54,492 nucleotides of DNA from Asterionella formosa (taxonomy: Eukaryota), in NCBI GenBank assembly GCA_002256025.1, contig NKIB01013636.1, positions 1 through 54,492 of the forward strand, in the 5' to 3' direction. The translations under genes and the position numbers were made by a program. The notes under the pieces are model-generated. The model was not told the DNA's origin. It worked only from the letters and a program-made list of their open reading frames with translations, and did no database searches. Of the stretch, positions 11,698 through 24,603 are shown piece after piece (position 1 is the first letter of the stretch; each line of letters begins with the position of its first letter).

Positions 11698-11894
11698 TAT
11701 CTGGTACCAGTACAACCTGGTACCTGATACCAGGGTACCAGTACCGTACTAAAAACCAGTAGGTATGCATATGGGAACCACGTATCCTAACGCACGTGTG
11801 GCGTTCCATTTCGCCTGTAAAAGACGAGTAAATCGGGTAAATGCATAAAATACTCGGAGTATTGCTTTGAGAAAATCCTCATCAAGCAACACCA

Positions 11895-13507
11895 ATGAAC
11901 ACGCTGCTGTCGGTCCTTTTGTCTGTCGTCCTTTTGCAGGATGCGTTTCTGGTCTTCTCTGTGGCAGAGCAGACCTGCTCTGTTACTGGGAACGAAGGAA
12001 GAGATCCAAATCTCAAAGAAATGACCTTTGACCTTGGCAATGGCATGGAGTCGTTTTGGGCCTACGTGACTCCCAATGTTACATCCTTCTACCAGGACAA
12101 GCCTCCCGCTAGCCGACCAGTTGCTCCCAAACATGAAGGATTGGCGGGATTGTTTATTAACATGAGTAATAAGAATATGAGATTGTATTGGTGAGTGGAT
12201 ATTTCTGGGACAAGGGACTGACGGACAAATTTGATGCTCTCCATAGTTTCTCACTGCTAACATTGCGTACTATATGGAACGCTTCCCCATCATTGGTATC
12301 TCGCAGGATACCAAGTGAAGACGAAGAGGACCAAGCCATGTTTATGGAGATGATGCCTCCCTTTTCCAATGGCGGTACTGCCACATTTCCTGGGCATATT
12401 TTTTTCATGTCGTCCGACGACGATCCCAAAACTCCTTTGATATATTTCCATGTGGAAGGCTTTCCCAATAACCGCTTTACCTACGATCCCTACCATGTAG
12501 AAGGCGACGAAATCCAAACCGAGAAGAATCTCAGGATATTGTCTCACGATGATCGCCAGATATATGATAGCATGCGTCGGACACAGCTCTTCAATGAAGA
12601 ATATAAAAAGTTCACTGGTCGTTCCTATTTGACCAACTACCCTCGCGCTCCACCGATGCATTACATGTGGCGAGCAGATCATTTTGGACAGACTCATTGG
12701 GTGGTAACCAAGGAGACACATTTTACGACCATACCTCCGGACGTGGAATTAAACAAAGTCGAAGGAATTGGAGCACAGCGCATATTAGGTCCCGACTCAC
12801 CTAGAATGTTACATGACTACCGACAGGAAGGAACCTTGAACATGACCATGAAGGTCTTAAGTTGCGCACCACGTGTCTTTGAAATACCTAACTTTCTAAG
12901 TCAAGTGGAAGTCGACCACATCTTGAAGATTGCTAGTGAAGAGAACTTGGCACTGAGCAGCACAGGACTCGGAAATAGCGCAGACGAATTGGACAAGACA
13001 ATGACTAGAACCTCCTACAACTCATGGGTTGAGAGAGAGCGATCTCCGATAGTTGATGCTGTATATCGACGAGCTGCTGATCTGATGCGCATAGACGAAT
13101 CCTTGTTGAGATACCGAGGGGAGGGAGAGCAGGAGGAGATCCTTGACCCCAGCTCCCTTGCTGAAACTTTGCAATTGGTGCACTATGACCCTGGTCAAGA
13201 GTACACGGCTCATCATGATTTTGGATTTAGTAATGCAGATGACCCGATTCAAGGTCAAAGATTCGCGACCTTGTTGTTGTATTTGAATGAGGGTATGATT
13301 GGTGGATCTACTTCTTTCCCCCGATGGCTCAATGCAGAGACATTCGAAGAATTGCATACAGTACCTGCAGTTGGGAAGGCTGTGTTATTTTACTCCCAAC
13401 TGCCTGATGGCAATATGGATGATTTATCACAGCACCAAGCCAACAAAGTTCGTGAAGGGGAAAAGTGGCTCATTAACTTGTGGGTGTGGGATCCTTTGTA
13501 CGTATAA
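11895..13507 (+). CDS. Secretory-pathway prolyl 4-hydroxylase (2OG-Fe(II) dioxygenase), 2 exons
   Basis: Signal peptide; intron 12191-12306 (GTGAGT..CAG, phase 2, joins W). Motifs LSCAPRVFEIPNFLS, LQLVHYDPGQEYTAHHD (HxD), ATLLLYLN, GGSTSFP, distal H in SQHQA, and K in GEKW. Confidence 0.92.
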
Positions 13508-13579
13508 TGAAATGGAGAATGTCAGTGAGAATTAATGTACTATAATGAGTTAATAAGCGAAAAATAGCATGGGCTACCT

Positions 13580-16500
13580 TTATACCACGACTGCTGGCTG
13601 TGTCGCTTTGGCAGAGCCACCCTTCCTCTTGTTTCGTCGATCCGCTTCAACTAGTCGCCGCAACTCTCCGTTTCTAATAGCGAGCAACTCGCTTGGACTA
13701 CCATATTCTAACAGCTTTCCATCTCCAAGAACAGCAATTTTGTCGTATCCCAGAACTGTGTCTAGTCGATGGGCAACAGTGAGGACAGTTACACCTTTGT
13801 CAACGAATTCACGACGAATAGTTTCTTGTACTTGAGCATCAGTGTTGCCATCCACCGAAGAAGTTGCCTCATCCATCACCAATATTTTGGATCTTCTCAG
13901 CAATGCTCGTGCCAAACAAATCAATTGGCGTTGTCCTGCGCTTAGATTCTTTCCTCCTTCGCTGATGTATGAATCAAGTCCTGTTACAGTCTTCCGAAAT
14001 TGCAATGCCAATTCTGGCGAAGCTGCTTCCAATGCGGCCCAAGCGTCTTCCGGTTTGGCATTTCCAGTTGCATCCAAATTGTACATGAGAGTTCCTGCAA
14101 AAAGGACAGGGTCTTGAGGAATAATTGACAGTGACTCTCGCAAAGTCTTGAGTGATATAGAACGGATATCAACGCCATCTATTTCTATGCACCCGCCATA
14201 CTCAATCTCAACCAACCGAAACAAAGTTAAAAGTAAAGAACTTTTGCCTGATCCAGTTCGCCCAACAACTCCAAGTGAACTACCGCGTGGGACACTGATT
14301 GTGATATTCTTTAGGACCAGGGGAGAAATTGGATTATATCTCATGGAAACTTCCTTGAACAATACATCTCCCTTCCAAGGCCACCCACTTTGTACCAGCG
14401 AAGCATCAGATACAGAAGCCATTGTTATTTCTGGAGGATGGTTTGCATCCTGAGCATACAATTCGACGAGAGCATCTCCCGCATCGGAAAGCTCTTTCGG
14501 CATCACCTCACGATGGTCACGGTGAATGCCTTCGCTATCAAGTAAGGGACCCTTCACTTCGTCTGATTCCAGGTCAGTGAGTTCCTCTACTCTCATAACG
14601 CTCATCATATGAGTTTCGAGATCCGTCAGGGTACGAACGGCCCACGTGAGCAGCCCAGTTATAGCAAGCGCTTGAGTGAGACCCCACCCTGCGGATCCTG
14701 CCTTGAGCTTACCACTCCGAGTCAGGAACACCGAGACGACAGCTGCAATAAAAACTATGGCATTACCAAGATTTTCCAGTCGAATCGACAACCATCGGTC
14801 CAGAGCCTTAACAGAATAGAAAACAGAAAGATTTTGATCAGCGAGTTCTTGGTGTTGCGACGACCATGTCCTACGAGCTAGTGGAATTGATCGAATCACC
14901 TCCGAGCCTCGCAGTGCTTCCCCAAAGTGAGTATAGATCGGCGACCGGCTTTTGCTTTCTGATCTTTTCAAATCACGAGCTGCGGGGCGAAACTTTGACA
15001 TCGTCTTCACATATAGAATACCGATCAAACCAATAGGAACTAACATGCCCGGAGTGATAACACCTGCCAAAGCAGATGCGCTCAGAAAAATTTGCAAAAA
15101 ACAGAAAAGCACCGATCCGATACCATCTGGAAGTGCTCGGTCTACCGTCTCCATTTCTTTTCCGAAGCGCGATAGTAGCTGTCCCGACGGGGTAGCATCA
15201 AAGAAAGACATTGGAGCACCGAAAACTGATTTGAGCATGCGATTGTGGAGAAACTCAGACGCGTTTACTCCAACTTTCATGGTCAAGAAACTTCGTAGCC
15301 AAAGAAAGACGGACACAACAGCAGCTCCATTAACCAAAGATTGAAGATATCTTCCTTGCAACGCGGCAGCCATAGAATTTCCAGTTCCGATTTCTGTCCA
15401 CTTAGCAACAATGTACTGTTGGTAGAACTGAGCACCATTGGCCATGAAGTATGCCAGCACCATTGCAACAATCAAAACAGGATTACGGACTGACTTTAAG
15501 TACGATGTATATGTCGATCGAGGAACGGCACCGGTCGACATGGCATCATCTGTAGATGCCAGCTTCTTGATTAACGAATTATCTGATCCAATGCTGGACC
15601 TGTTGTCAACATCAACGCCGGGAGTTTGTAGTGTTTGCACAGTTGTCTGGATAATCACTCCATTGTCTTCTAAAATATCAGGCGTGACAGGCACAACCTG
15701 GTCAGCCATGTAGTTTGGATACTCTTTGGTACAGTCAACGCAGTCTGGGTCAGCATGCTGAGAATGGTCGGTGCCATTGGAAAGCTTTTCACTAGAGCCC
15801 ATCACTCGCACATTCTCTTCACCATCTTTTGTCTTGGATTCAATGGAAGATACCACGATTTCCGTTTCTTCGTCCAGTTCATCGCAGTCGTCGGCATGTG
15901 TCGAAAGGTTTTGCAGATCATGTCCTCTACGAATAAGCTCGTCGTATGTACCGATGTCGATAATCGTAGAACAAGAATGTGATGATAACGGGTATTTCCC
16001 CATCAAGATTACCCGATCGCATCTTCTTGGGATGGAGGGGTCGTTGGTAACAAGAAGAGTAGCAGCCTTCGATGCACGTAGTCTTCTCGTCATTCGCTCA
16101 AACACTGTAGATCCGACTGACGCATCTAATGCAGCAAGTGGGTCATCAAGGAGGAATACAGTGCTAGTTTCGTCAGCGTAAAGTGCTCTTGCAAGCGCTA
16201 CACGAGCTCGTTGACCACCTGACAACGACGAGCCTCCTTCACCTACATCTGTACTATGACTTAGGACTCCACGGGAGGCAGCTGCCTTTGATTCTGATCC
16301 GATCACCGCGTCCACAATATCTTCGTCTAGACCTGCATCCCGGATAGCAGTTTGATATCTCTGCTCGTTATACTCGCGTCCAAAGACGATCGCATCTCGA
16401 AGGGTCCCCTTTGGCAACCAAGCTTCCTGCGATGCGTAGGAAATATTGCCATGTGCTACGACTGTCGGTTTCTCAAGAAAACTCGTTGGCATATCTGTGC

Positions 16501-18395
16501 CATTGATTTGCCTTTCCAACGAACCGTCCACAATCGCTCTAGGTACTGGAGAAAGCTCGCCTAGAAGGCTCTTAATCAAGGCACTCTTTCCTGATCCAAC
16601 AGGTCCAACGACCGCAACGACTTCGCCAGGCTTGATCTTCAAGTTCACGCCACAAAGCGCTGGGGTGTCCAACTTATGCTCCTCGTCACCTTTGTTTGAG
16701 TTTGACCACAAAAAGTTGCCATGCAACATTTCAATACTTCCGCCACCACCACTCAAAACAGGTAGCGTCTCAACATATGGGATGATCTCCTCTGCCGCAA
16801 GGTAAGTTGAGACTCGCTTCAGAGCATTACGGCCGTTGGCCAATGCGTCAATCAACATCGGGTAGAAGAACAATGGAAATCTGAGTTGATTGAAGAGCGA
16901 AATCGCTGTGAAGATGGTACTAGCCACAATCGGTTCGCCTGTTCGCGCGTATGCTGCTAAAGTTACCACCAAAACCAAGGCAGGCACAGCATTGGAGATA
17001 GCTTGATTCACTGCACGGATGATCCCCCTAGCCTGATGTCGTCGCAACTCTTCGTGTCGATATTTTCGAATGTCATCCGCAAAAGTTTCCTCCCAGCCCT
17101 GTAACTTCAATAGTTTCATATTGGATATCGCTTCACTTGTTCGTCTCGTCCTTGCATCTTTGGCTTCGTTCTCAAACTTGCTCATCTTGTTCAAGATCCG
17201 AAGAGTGATACTATTCAATGGGATTGTTAGTAATAAGACGCCAATTCCCCACAAGACTGAGCGTCCGAGATAGCGAAATAGCAATGTCGTGTACATTGCA
17301 ATCTGAAAAATAACAGAGGTTTAGTAGTCATCCGTTTATAGACAAGTAAATATACACCATGAATCCACTTACCTGCAAGGGGCCGTCCCAGATAGTGTGC
17401 AATTGAAGTGCTGTTGACTCCAAAATAGATGCGTCCGATTGCATTAAGTTTAGCACGCCACCTGCTCCGAGCGCAGCCTTCTCTTTTCCGTCTGTTTCAC
17501 TGACCGATGTTCCTCCTCCACTTGGAAGTCTCAGTGATTTGTCGAATATCAAACCGGCTAGGGATCCTCTGACTTGTGTTGCATACTTGACCACCAGGTG
17601 AAAATACTGATTCTCAATGAGCATTTTGACGGACAAGACTGCAACAAGGGAAATTACCGCAGTGAGTGCTTTGGATAGTGGCTCCTTATTCCCGGACTCT
17701 ACCAGTCGCAATAACCTAGCGACCAACAATGCGGGAAATGCTTGAATGGCTGTATTGACGAATCGAAGAATCCCAGTCAAAATTAACGTTCGCCGTTGCT
17801 GAAGGAGCAGAGCCTTGGCCAGCACTGTAGACTCCGAAGCGACCTCGTTGCCCTTCACTTTTGACTCTTCTATCTTCTTGCGCGCCTTACTGTGACATTT
17901 TTCATAAATGCTTGCCAGTTGAGGGACAGCTGACCCCATCTTTCTTTGCTGAGGTACGGGAAAGGCGTCACTTTCTTCCAGTTGGCGCTCTGAGGCTAAA
18001 TCCAACAACGGGGATGCATAGCTGAACAGGAGACGGGATGCCATGGTTGCATTGTACTCCCCAAGTTTCCACCGTTCGTTCTTCCTTCCAGGGCTTGGGA
18101 TAAAGTGACTTAAAAAGTTGAGGATACCACCACTTGGCTGCGATTCTGAAACTCCAATTGACGCGCTCATGGACTTTGGAGAAGCTAGATTGCTGACAAT
18201 TGTTCCAGCAGAGGTCGGTACGAAGGGCGAAGCCAATGGAAGTACCACATGGGCCAAAACTACGAGTATGGAGACCATCCTGGGCCTAGAGAGCCTCCGT
18301 TTCCGAGACTTCCGTCGCAGCGACGCACTGTCTGATGGTCTGTGATCATTCATTTCGATTTGTGGTATGGTCAACTTGTCCTCTTTCATCTGCAT
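13580..18395 (-). CDS. ABCC/MRP-family full ABC transporter, 2 exons
   Basis: TMD-NBD-TMD-NBD layout. NBD1: GPVGSGKS, LSGGQ, LLDD. NBD2: GRTGSGKS, LSAGQ, VMDE, AHR. Intron 17303-17372 joins WDGPLQ|IAMY. Start is 18395 or, more likely, 18278 (signal-like MVSILVVLAHVVLPLASPFVP). Confidence 0.93.
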
Positions 18396-19058
18396 GGTCC
18401 GCAACTCCAAACCTAAACGCCTTCTCTCGACTGACGTGATGCTGCTCCTGAATGAGCTGTTCTGGGGTCGGAGGTGTGAGGAGCCTTATATGGAGTATTG
18501 CCTATAATATTGCTTACCGGTAAGCTAATACTATTACTGTGTTCCCTCGTACCAGGGTACCGGTACCTGGTACAGTAATCAATATTACATGCCTCAGTGG
18601 GTCCTCACGACGTTCAAAACCTATGTATATTTTGCTTAACAACAAAGCAATCCATGACACTACGATATGAGACCAACATAATGTTCAGTCTATTTTAATA
18701 GCTGCAGTCTAAATTTCACACTAATTTACCTTGCTGCTCTATTGGTCCAGTACCTGGTACCTGGTCCCCCTCGTACCAGTACCTGATACCCTGGTGTCGT
18801 AGGAGTGCCAGGTAGCTGGTGCTACCTGATTCCTGGTCCTCCTACCAGAAGGACCTGGTTTTTACATTCGACGTGATACGTAGTGCAATATTTTTATTAG
18901 CACAACGACCAGTACCAGGTAGTACGGAGTACGGAGTACGGAGTACATCTGGTCGTCCCTGGCTGGTAGAATACGCACATAAAATATAAATTTACTCGTC
19001 CCCCACTCACCCCATCCTCACAAACCGATGACGCATTCACCAGACAATCGCAGGTGCG

Positions 19059-19087
19059 TGGTACCAGGTACCTGGTACCAGGTACCT
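19059..19087. repeat. (GGTACCW)n palindromic array
   Basis: tGGTACCaGGTACCtGGTACCaGGTACCt; 19059-19080 is a perfect 22-bp palindrome. Confidence 0.95.
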
Positions 19088-19436
19088 GCCTGTCAGAGCA
19101 CGATACCTGGCGGAGTACCCTGGTAACTGGATGTCTACATGGCGGGTCAGGATCTTTCAGAAGATACCGGACCGGGTATACATGTAGCTGTACCGATATG
19201 TATATTATGATCACTGTTCTCGCAAAGCTGTGCGGGCGGATGTAGCGTATTGATTTTCTCGATGGCGTCAGTGAGGTCGGCCGCATGCAAGGAGTGTGCA
19301 GATCATACGAACCCGAAATTTGTTGCGAACCCTTGGACAGATCCATTTATCAATCCATCCAGACAACCTTCACTGCTATCGGGCATTGATATTGAAAGGC
19401 CCCTGCTATTCAAGGCTTACAACACCAATCAGCAGT

Positions 19437-20438
19437 ATGCGTGTTTCCCTTTTGGCTTCCTTGCTTATTACCACTTTCACCTCTGTTGTTTCGTTCCACG
19501 CACCTGCTTTTGTCCGTCACACTTCAGCTCTCGCCATGGCAGAAAGATACACCATCCCAGATCAACCTGCTCGTTTCGCGCGGGCTCAAAAAGAAAATAA
19601 CCAGCGGTATCTCAACATTGAATCTGTCTATGATCCATCCTTCATCAAAGGACTTCGGGTCGCTGTCACTGGAGCAAATCGAGGTGTTGGTTTGAGTTTG
19701 GCCAAAGAGTTGACTGCTCATGGCGCGAGAGTTATTGCAATTTGCAGGTCGAGTTCTCCAGAATTGGAAGCATTGAACCCAGAGGAAGTGGTCATAGGCA
19801 TTGACGTTCAAAATGACGAACAATGTGAAGGCATCAAGGACATGATCAAGGGTGGACCAGTTGATATTGTGAGTGTGTAGAAGTTGTTGGAAGATATTGT
19901 GAGCATGCTCAATTTCCTGTTCTCATACGCTTCTACTTGTCAGTTAATTAATAATGCTGGATACTTCTATGAACCATTGGAGACGCTTGACTCGCTCAAT
20001 TTCAAAGAGCAAATGAAGCAAATTGACATTTGCGCGATGGGTCCACTTCGTGTCTCAGCGTCTCTCTATGACGGCAACTTATTGAAGGAAGGTAGCAAGG
20101 TAGTCATGATAACTTCTCAGGGCGGAAGTATAGCGTGGAGAACCACACAGAACCCAACAGGTCATGATTATGGTCATCACATGTCAAAAGCGGCTGCCAA
20201 TATGATGAGTGTGTTATTGTCACAGGAGTTGAAGGGCAAGGGTATCATCGTAGGCATCTTACACCCTGGTTTTAACAAAACAGAGATGACTGCAAAGTAC
20301 AAGGAGATCTGGGAGATCGAAGGTGCCGTTGATCCTGAAGTCGGTGCCAAGAGAGTCATCTACGAGATTGGACGAATGACCATGGATACAACTGGGAAGT
20401 TTATCAACTGTGAAGATGGCCTCGAAATTCCATGGTAA
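19437..20438 (+). CDS. Short-chain dehydrogenase/reductase (CsgA/C-factor-like), probably plastid-targeted, 2 exons
   Basis: ATG 19437. Signal peptide plus VVS-FHAP (ASAFAP-like). Motifs TGANRGVG, INNAG and LHPG. Catalytic region reads YGHHMSKAA. Intron 19869-19943 (GTGAGT..CAG, phase 0). Confidence 0.9.
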
Positions 20439-21369
20439 ACAGGTTTTAAGGCTCAGAGCTACTAATACTAGGGTTAAAAGCACGCAACAATATGTGTTAA
20501 CAATGATTCTGTAGAATGATAGGAATCTGCATTCTAGTTAATTGTGTGAGTGCAATACTGCCAGTGTACATACATTGACTCGTGGAATGATGCAGTCCTA
20601 AGGAGGCTAATATGTTATGAATTGGTCATAACTAGTATGACGTTGTTATACTAACTGACTGAACAATCGTTTCCTTGTCTGTTCAGTCTTTCTATTTATT
20701 TTGTAGACTCTATTACAATTGACTCCCTTCTTTTAACCAATACCCCTCCAAAATCCTATGAGCTTGTCAGGTCTAGTTGCTAATTTCCATTTCTTCATTC
20801 CTCTCTCCATTGCCATTTTTCATAACAAACAAAGCTGTGACACTGTTACTTGTTTTGAAAGCTCCTTTAGGATCATGATGTACATCAGTAGCCTACTGGC
20901 TGCAACTTTTATTTAGATTTGCACTGCCCAGCATCAGGGCCATTTGTATTGTTTTTCATTGGGTATCGCTTCATTTGAAAATTTTTGAAAATGTATCAGC
21001 AATGGTAACTCGATCTGAACTGAATTTCCTCCATTCTCCTTGAAGAGGTTATCGCAGACAATCGTTCCACTTGTTATTGCTAGTAGTATTACGTCGTTGT
21101 TGCAAAAATCGGAGTGAGGACTGATAAAGATGATGAGCCAAAATACATTACTTTAGCTGGTACATTATCCTACCAAGAAATTGAAACACAGGAACCTAAT
21201 TAGAAACAATACTTATAATAATAAAATACCAAAAGGGTTACTATTTAATTTACGAGGGCATTTATCAAAATTATTTGATGATATATCAACAAATTATGAT
21301 CCGATGATCATAATCCTATGATGCACCATAGGAATATGATGGTTTCTATTTGCAGACAAATGCAGCAGC

Positions 21370-22520
21370 ACCCTCATACTTTTGTAGTAGGGGTCTCTCA
21401 GTTGCCATTCTTGAGACCTGTCCATATTTTGGTTTTCAACAAAAACTGTTTTGATATTTATTCATGTTGCTGTCCAGAAATCATAACAGCTTGCGCTTCA
21501 TTGCTGCTTTGTACCCTTCGATTGCCTCCCATGGGATGATATCATGGTGAGCGAGGTCTCGAAGTTGTCAGCATGAAACTCTACCATAAGGCAGGATTCT
21601 ATTGTCATCGCTGTGATGAAATCCAGTTTTCTTGACAACTAAACCTTGTGACTCTAGAAGTTTAAATTGCTCTGTGATAAACTTCACCCACCTTGGAGCA
21701 TTCGACTCTTGCTTGAAGTATTCGCTTAGTAATGAAAACTTGATGATAGGCTAAGTAGCACTAGCCTTCTCATGACCGTCGATTCCATCTTCCAAGGGTC
21801 ATCCAATTGTATCATCATGCTTCAATACCAAGATCATTCATGACTTCAATTGAATACTCTAGACACTGTTTTCATGTACATATTGTTTCACTCTTTTCCT
21901 CCTGCTGAACAAATCGAATCAATTGGATGTGACACTTCTTCATCACACAAATCAGTGCATATGCATTTTCCTTTCTCCTTGCACCCCCTCAAAGTCGCTT
22001 TGTGACAATGTTGTCAAGGAGATAAGCAAAATAACTGTTCTTGGGAAATACATGAGCAGGAGACCAGTTTCGGCAATGAAGGGGTGGTTGTGCAGGACAC
22101 TTTTGACTCAACAGTTCACTCTGTAGTAGTAGTCTACCACTGAGTCACCTTTTTTGGTTGTACATGCCATGGAAGCGAAGTTTTTATTCATAAAGGTCTT
22201 CAGTAATCCCGTTGTTATAAACATGTCAATGCCAATGTTGTAAGCAATGCTGGTTCAAGTACTCAATCAGCAAGTCCGCTGTCATCACAGACAGAAAATA
22301 CATAGTACTGCATTTACGCAAATTTCGTTTGATCATCATTACCGTTGAGTGATACATTTCTGCATTCTTTGTAGAGGTGCATGCATGACTCCTCCCTTTC
22401 ATGAGATACGTATGTTGCGAGAATCTTACAGAAAAAATAACTTTTGGTAGCCAGGTAATCATTTCCGTATTCCATATACAGGTGCACACAGGACTTTTCC
22501 CTTTCATGTGTTTAATCATG
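21370..22520 (-). pseudogene. Decayed N-terminal/central part of an IS630-Tc1-mariner-like DDE transposase
   Basis: By-eye minus-strand translation gives DGHEK (about 21766-21780), APRWVKF, MVEFHADNF and MGGNRRV...VMISGQQHE*ISKQFLLKTKIWTG. These match the DGHE...MVEFHVD...GGNLSV...IFGQDE..FKQ pattern of this family as I recall it. Many stops and frameshifts; the 5' boundary is approximate. Confidence 0.6.
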
Positions 22521-22566
22521 CAACCGCGATAATCAACCCTGCGGGACTTATAATCTTGGTAGTTGC

Positions 22567-22992
22567 CTAATTTTACTGGAAATCATTTCTGACCAAAAGT
22601 ATGATCTAAAATCAATAAAGTTTGATTTGTATATCCTATACGTTCGATCAAAGCATATTGATCTGACGATAAACGGTGTCATTGATATCATGATAAAATG
22701 AATGATCAAAATTTATTTTAAGTAATAGGATAGATTGAAATCAAAAATAAGATCAAAAGAACTAAATATTGTACATCGGTTATCTAATTTTACTGGTCAT
22801 CATTGTTTCTCACCAGAATATGATCTGTAATCAATAAATTTTGATTTGTATATCTTATACGTTGCTTCGATCAAAGCATACTGATCACATGATCAACGGT
22901 ATCATTGATATGAGAAAATGAAAGATCAAAATTTATTTTAAGTAGTAGGATCAATTGATATCAAAAGTAGGATCAAATGATCCTAAACATAT
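22567..22992 (+). repeat. Tandem duplication of a ~217-bp AT-rich unit
   Basis: Both units run ctaattttactgg...atcaataaa.tttgatttgtatatc.tatacgtt...cgatcaaagcata...gatcaaaatttattttaagta.taggat. Confidence 0.9.
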
Positions 22993-23154
22993 GATGTTCA
23001 TGTTTCCGCTTTATTATGTTGGTCCTCCCATGATACAAGTAAATATCAAGTATAATGTGTAGGCCACAACTTTTTCCCGAGCCTTTCTATACATGGTCAA
23101 ATGAATATATGATTTGTGTACCACATGAAAAATGCTTTATGACTCCTGTTAAAT

Positions 23155-23951
23155 TCAAGCTGAAGCATCTTGCCATGATGGTGTTGTCATGGGGACAAAT
23201 TTTTTTTTGACAGAAATCAGCTGTCCCGTATTGACAATGTACCTGCTGAGAACACAAGGAGTAAAGTCAAAAGGAAAAAAGAGAGTTAATCGAACCAGTT
23301 GTATGTACAAATAATGCCATTGACACAAAAGAAGTAATTGAAAGAAAGAAGATTTTGTGGGTAAATCGAAGGGTTTGTTGCAGGTGTTATATGAGAGATG
23401 ATTCATTGATGAAACGAGCATTGAGAAATACAAACTTACTGGAAAGAACAATGATTTCAGAATGGTTGATGATTCTCCAAGCTTAAGACACATGATGATG
23501 ACCCTGGGCTCCGACTTCCTTCATGAAGCAACAAGGAATGGTGGAATGGTGGAATGCATTGGATGAAAGGTTGGAGTGGAAGTTATTCTGAGTGGAAGTT
23601 ATTCTAGCTCCAAAATGATATGCAGAACTTGCAGGCAAAGGAGTAGAGTACATGTGGGCATGATGCTCGAAAAACCACGATCGAAATCTATCCCTGAGGG
23701 AAAAGAAAGGGAAAGACAAATTTACAGAAGCAGTTAGAAAATTTTTGTCAGTCGATGTGATTACATTGACACAAATAAGAAAATTTGCAAAACAAGCAAG
23801 ACAATATTTGATTACTTACCATGCAATTGAAAGTGGTCAAGTCAAGATGATACACTCACAAAGCAACAGACATGGACCTGTTGCAGTTCAAAAGTTGATT
23901 GGTGGCAAGTTCAGAACTCATCATTGTGCAATGGACTTACTTCGATTTTAA
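23155..23951 (+). pseudogene. Decayed C-terminal part of an IS630-Tc1-mariner-like DDE transposase
   Basis: FVGKSKGLLQVLYER*FID; VILAPK*YAELAGKGVEYMWA*CSKN (family pattern PKxHxELAGEGIEYxW); IRKFAKQARQYLITY; KFRTHHCAMD. Confidence 0.75.
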
Positions 23952-24155
23952 GTTTGTAATCAGCATCGATGACGATGATTAATTATCAACATTTAATGAT
24001 GAACCAGTAAATATTTCTGATGAAAACATAAACAACAAATATGATGACTCTTCTTTTACGTATGTATGCAAACCTAATATTTGGTGACACTAAATTTTCT
24101 AACATACTAGTATAATGTCCGGGTGGCTACCCGATGTGCTTTGCTCATGCGCCCA

Positions 24156-24310
24156 GCCATAAAACAACATCACATCTTTGCATGTTGCTATTTATGTTTT
24201 AGACCATGGAGAAAACGGTGGTGAAGTTGGTTTGCTCATTATGTTTGGCGATCAAAAAAGAGCCGATGTCTTGTGCTCTCCTTTAAGTAAAATCAATCGT
24301 GATGGCTGTG
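24156..24310 (-). mobile_element. TIR-element end (terminus CTGTG|TA), inverted copy of 28673-28818
   Basis: Its reverse complement TA|CACAG..CACGATTGATTTTACTTA...CAAGACA...CAAACAT...TTCACC..GTTTTCTC...AACATAAATAGCAA aligns with 28671-28818. Confidence 0.75.
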
Positions 24311-24603
24311 TACCGGTACATTGATGGGTCCAAGAAACCACATTTTACGGTAACAGTTACATACCTGTATGTAAGTTGCAGGCAGAGCGAGGATAGAACC
24401 CACGAGGTCTCCACGAAATTTTGGAATTTTCCCTACTGTGTACGATATCTACAGTTGCTATATATGCAGCATGATATCACACCGGCTGTGAGAAGCCGTA
24501 TGTAGACCGGTAAACATAGCACCAGGTACCGGTATGCAACACAGACACTCCGGTCGATAAAGCATTTTATATATCAATAGGACTGCCAGTAATCTGCAAC
24601 ACC

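Noticed and set aside
18897..19346. ORFs with YQVPGT/RYLVP peptides (also 28354-28728 and 53577-53870)
   Set aside because: Translation artefacts of stop-poor (GGTACCW)n motifs.
20700..21200. Coding-like minus-strand debris (..MAMERGMKKWKLATRPDKLIGFWRG)
   Set aside because: Could not be assigned to any family by eye.
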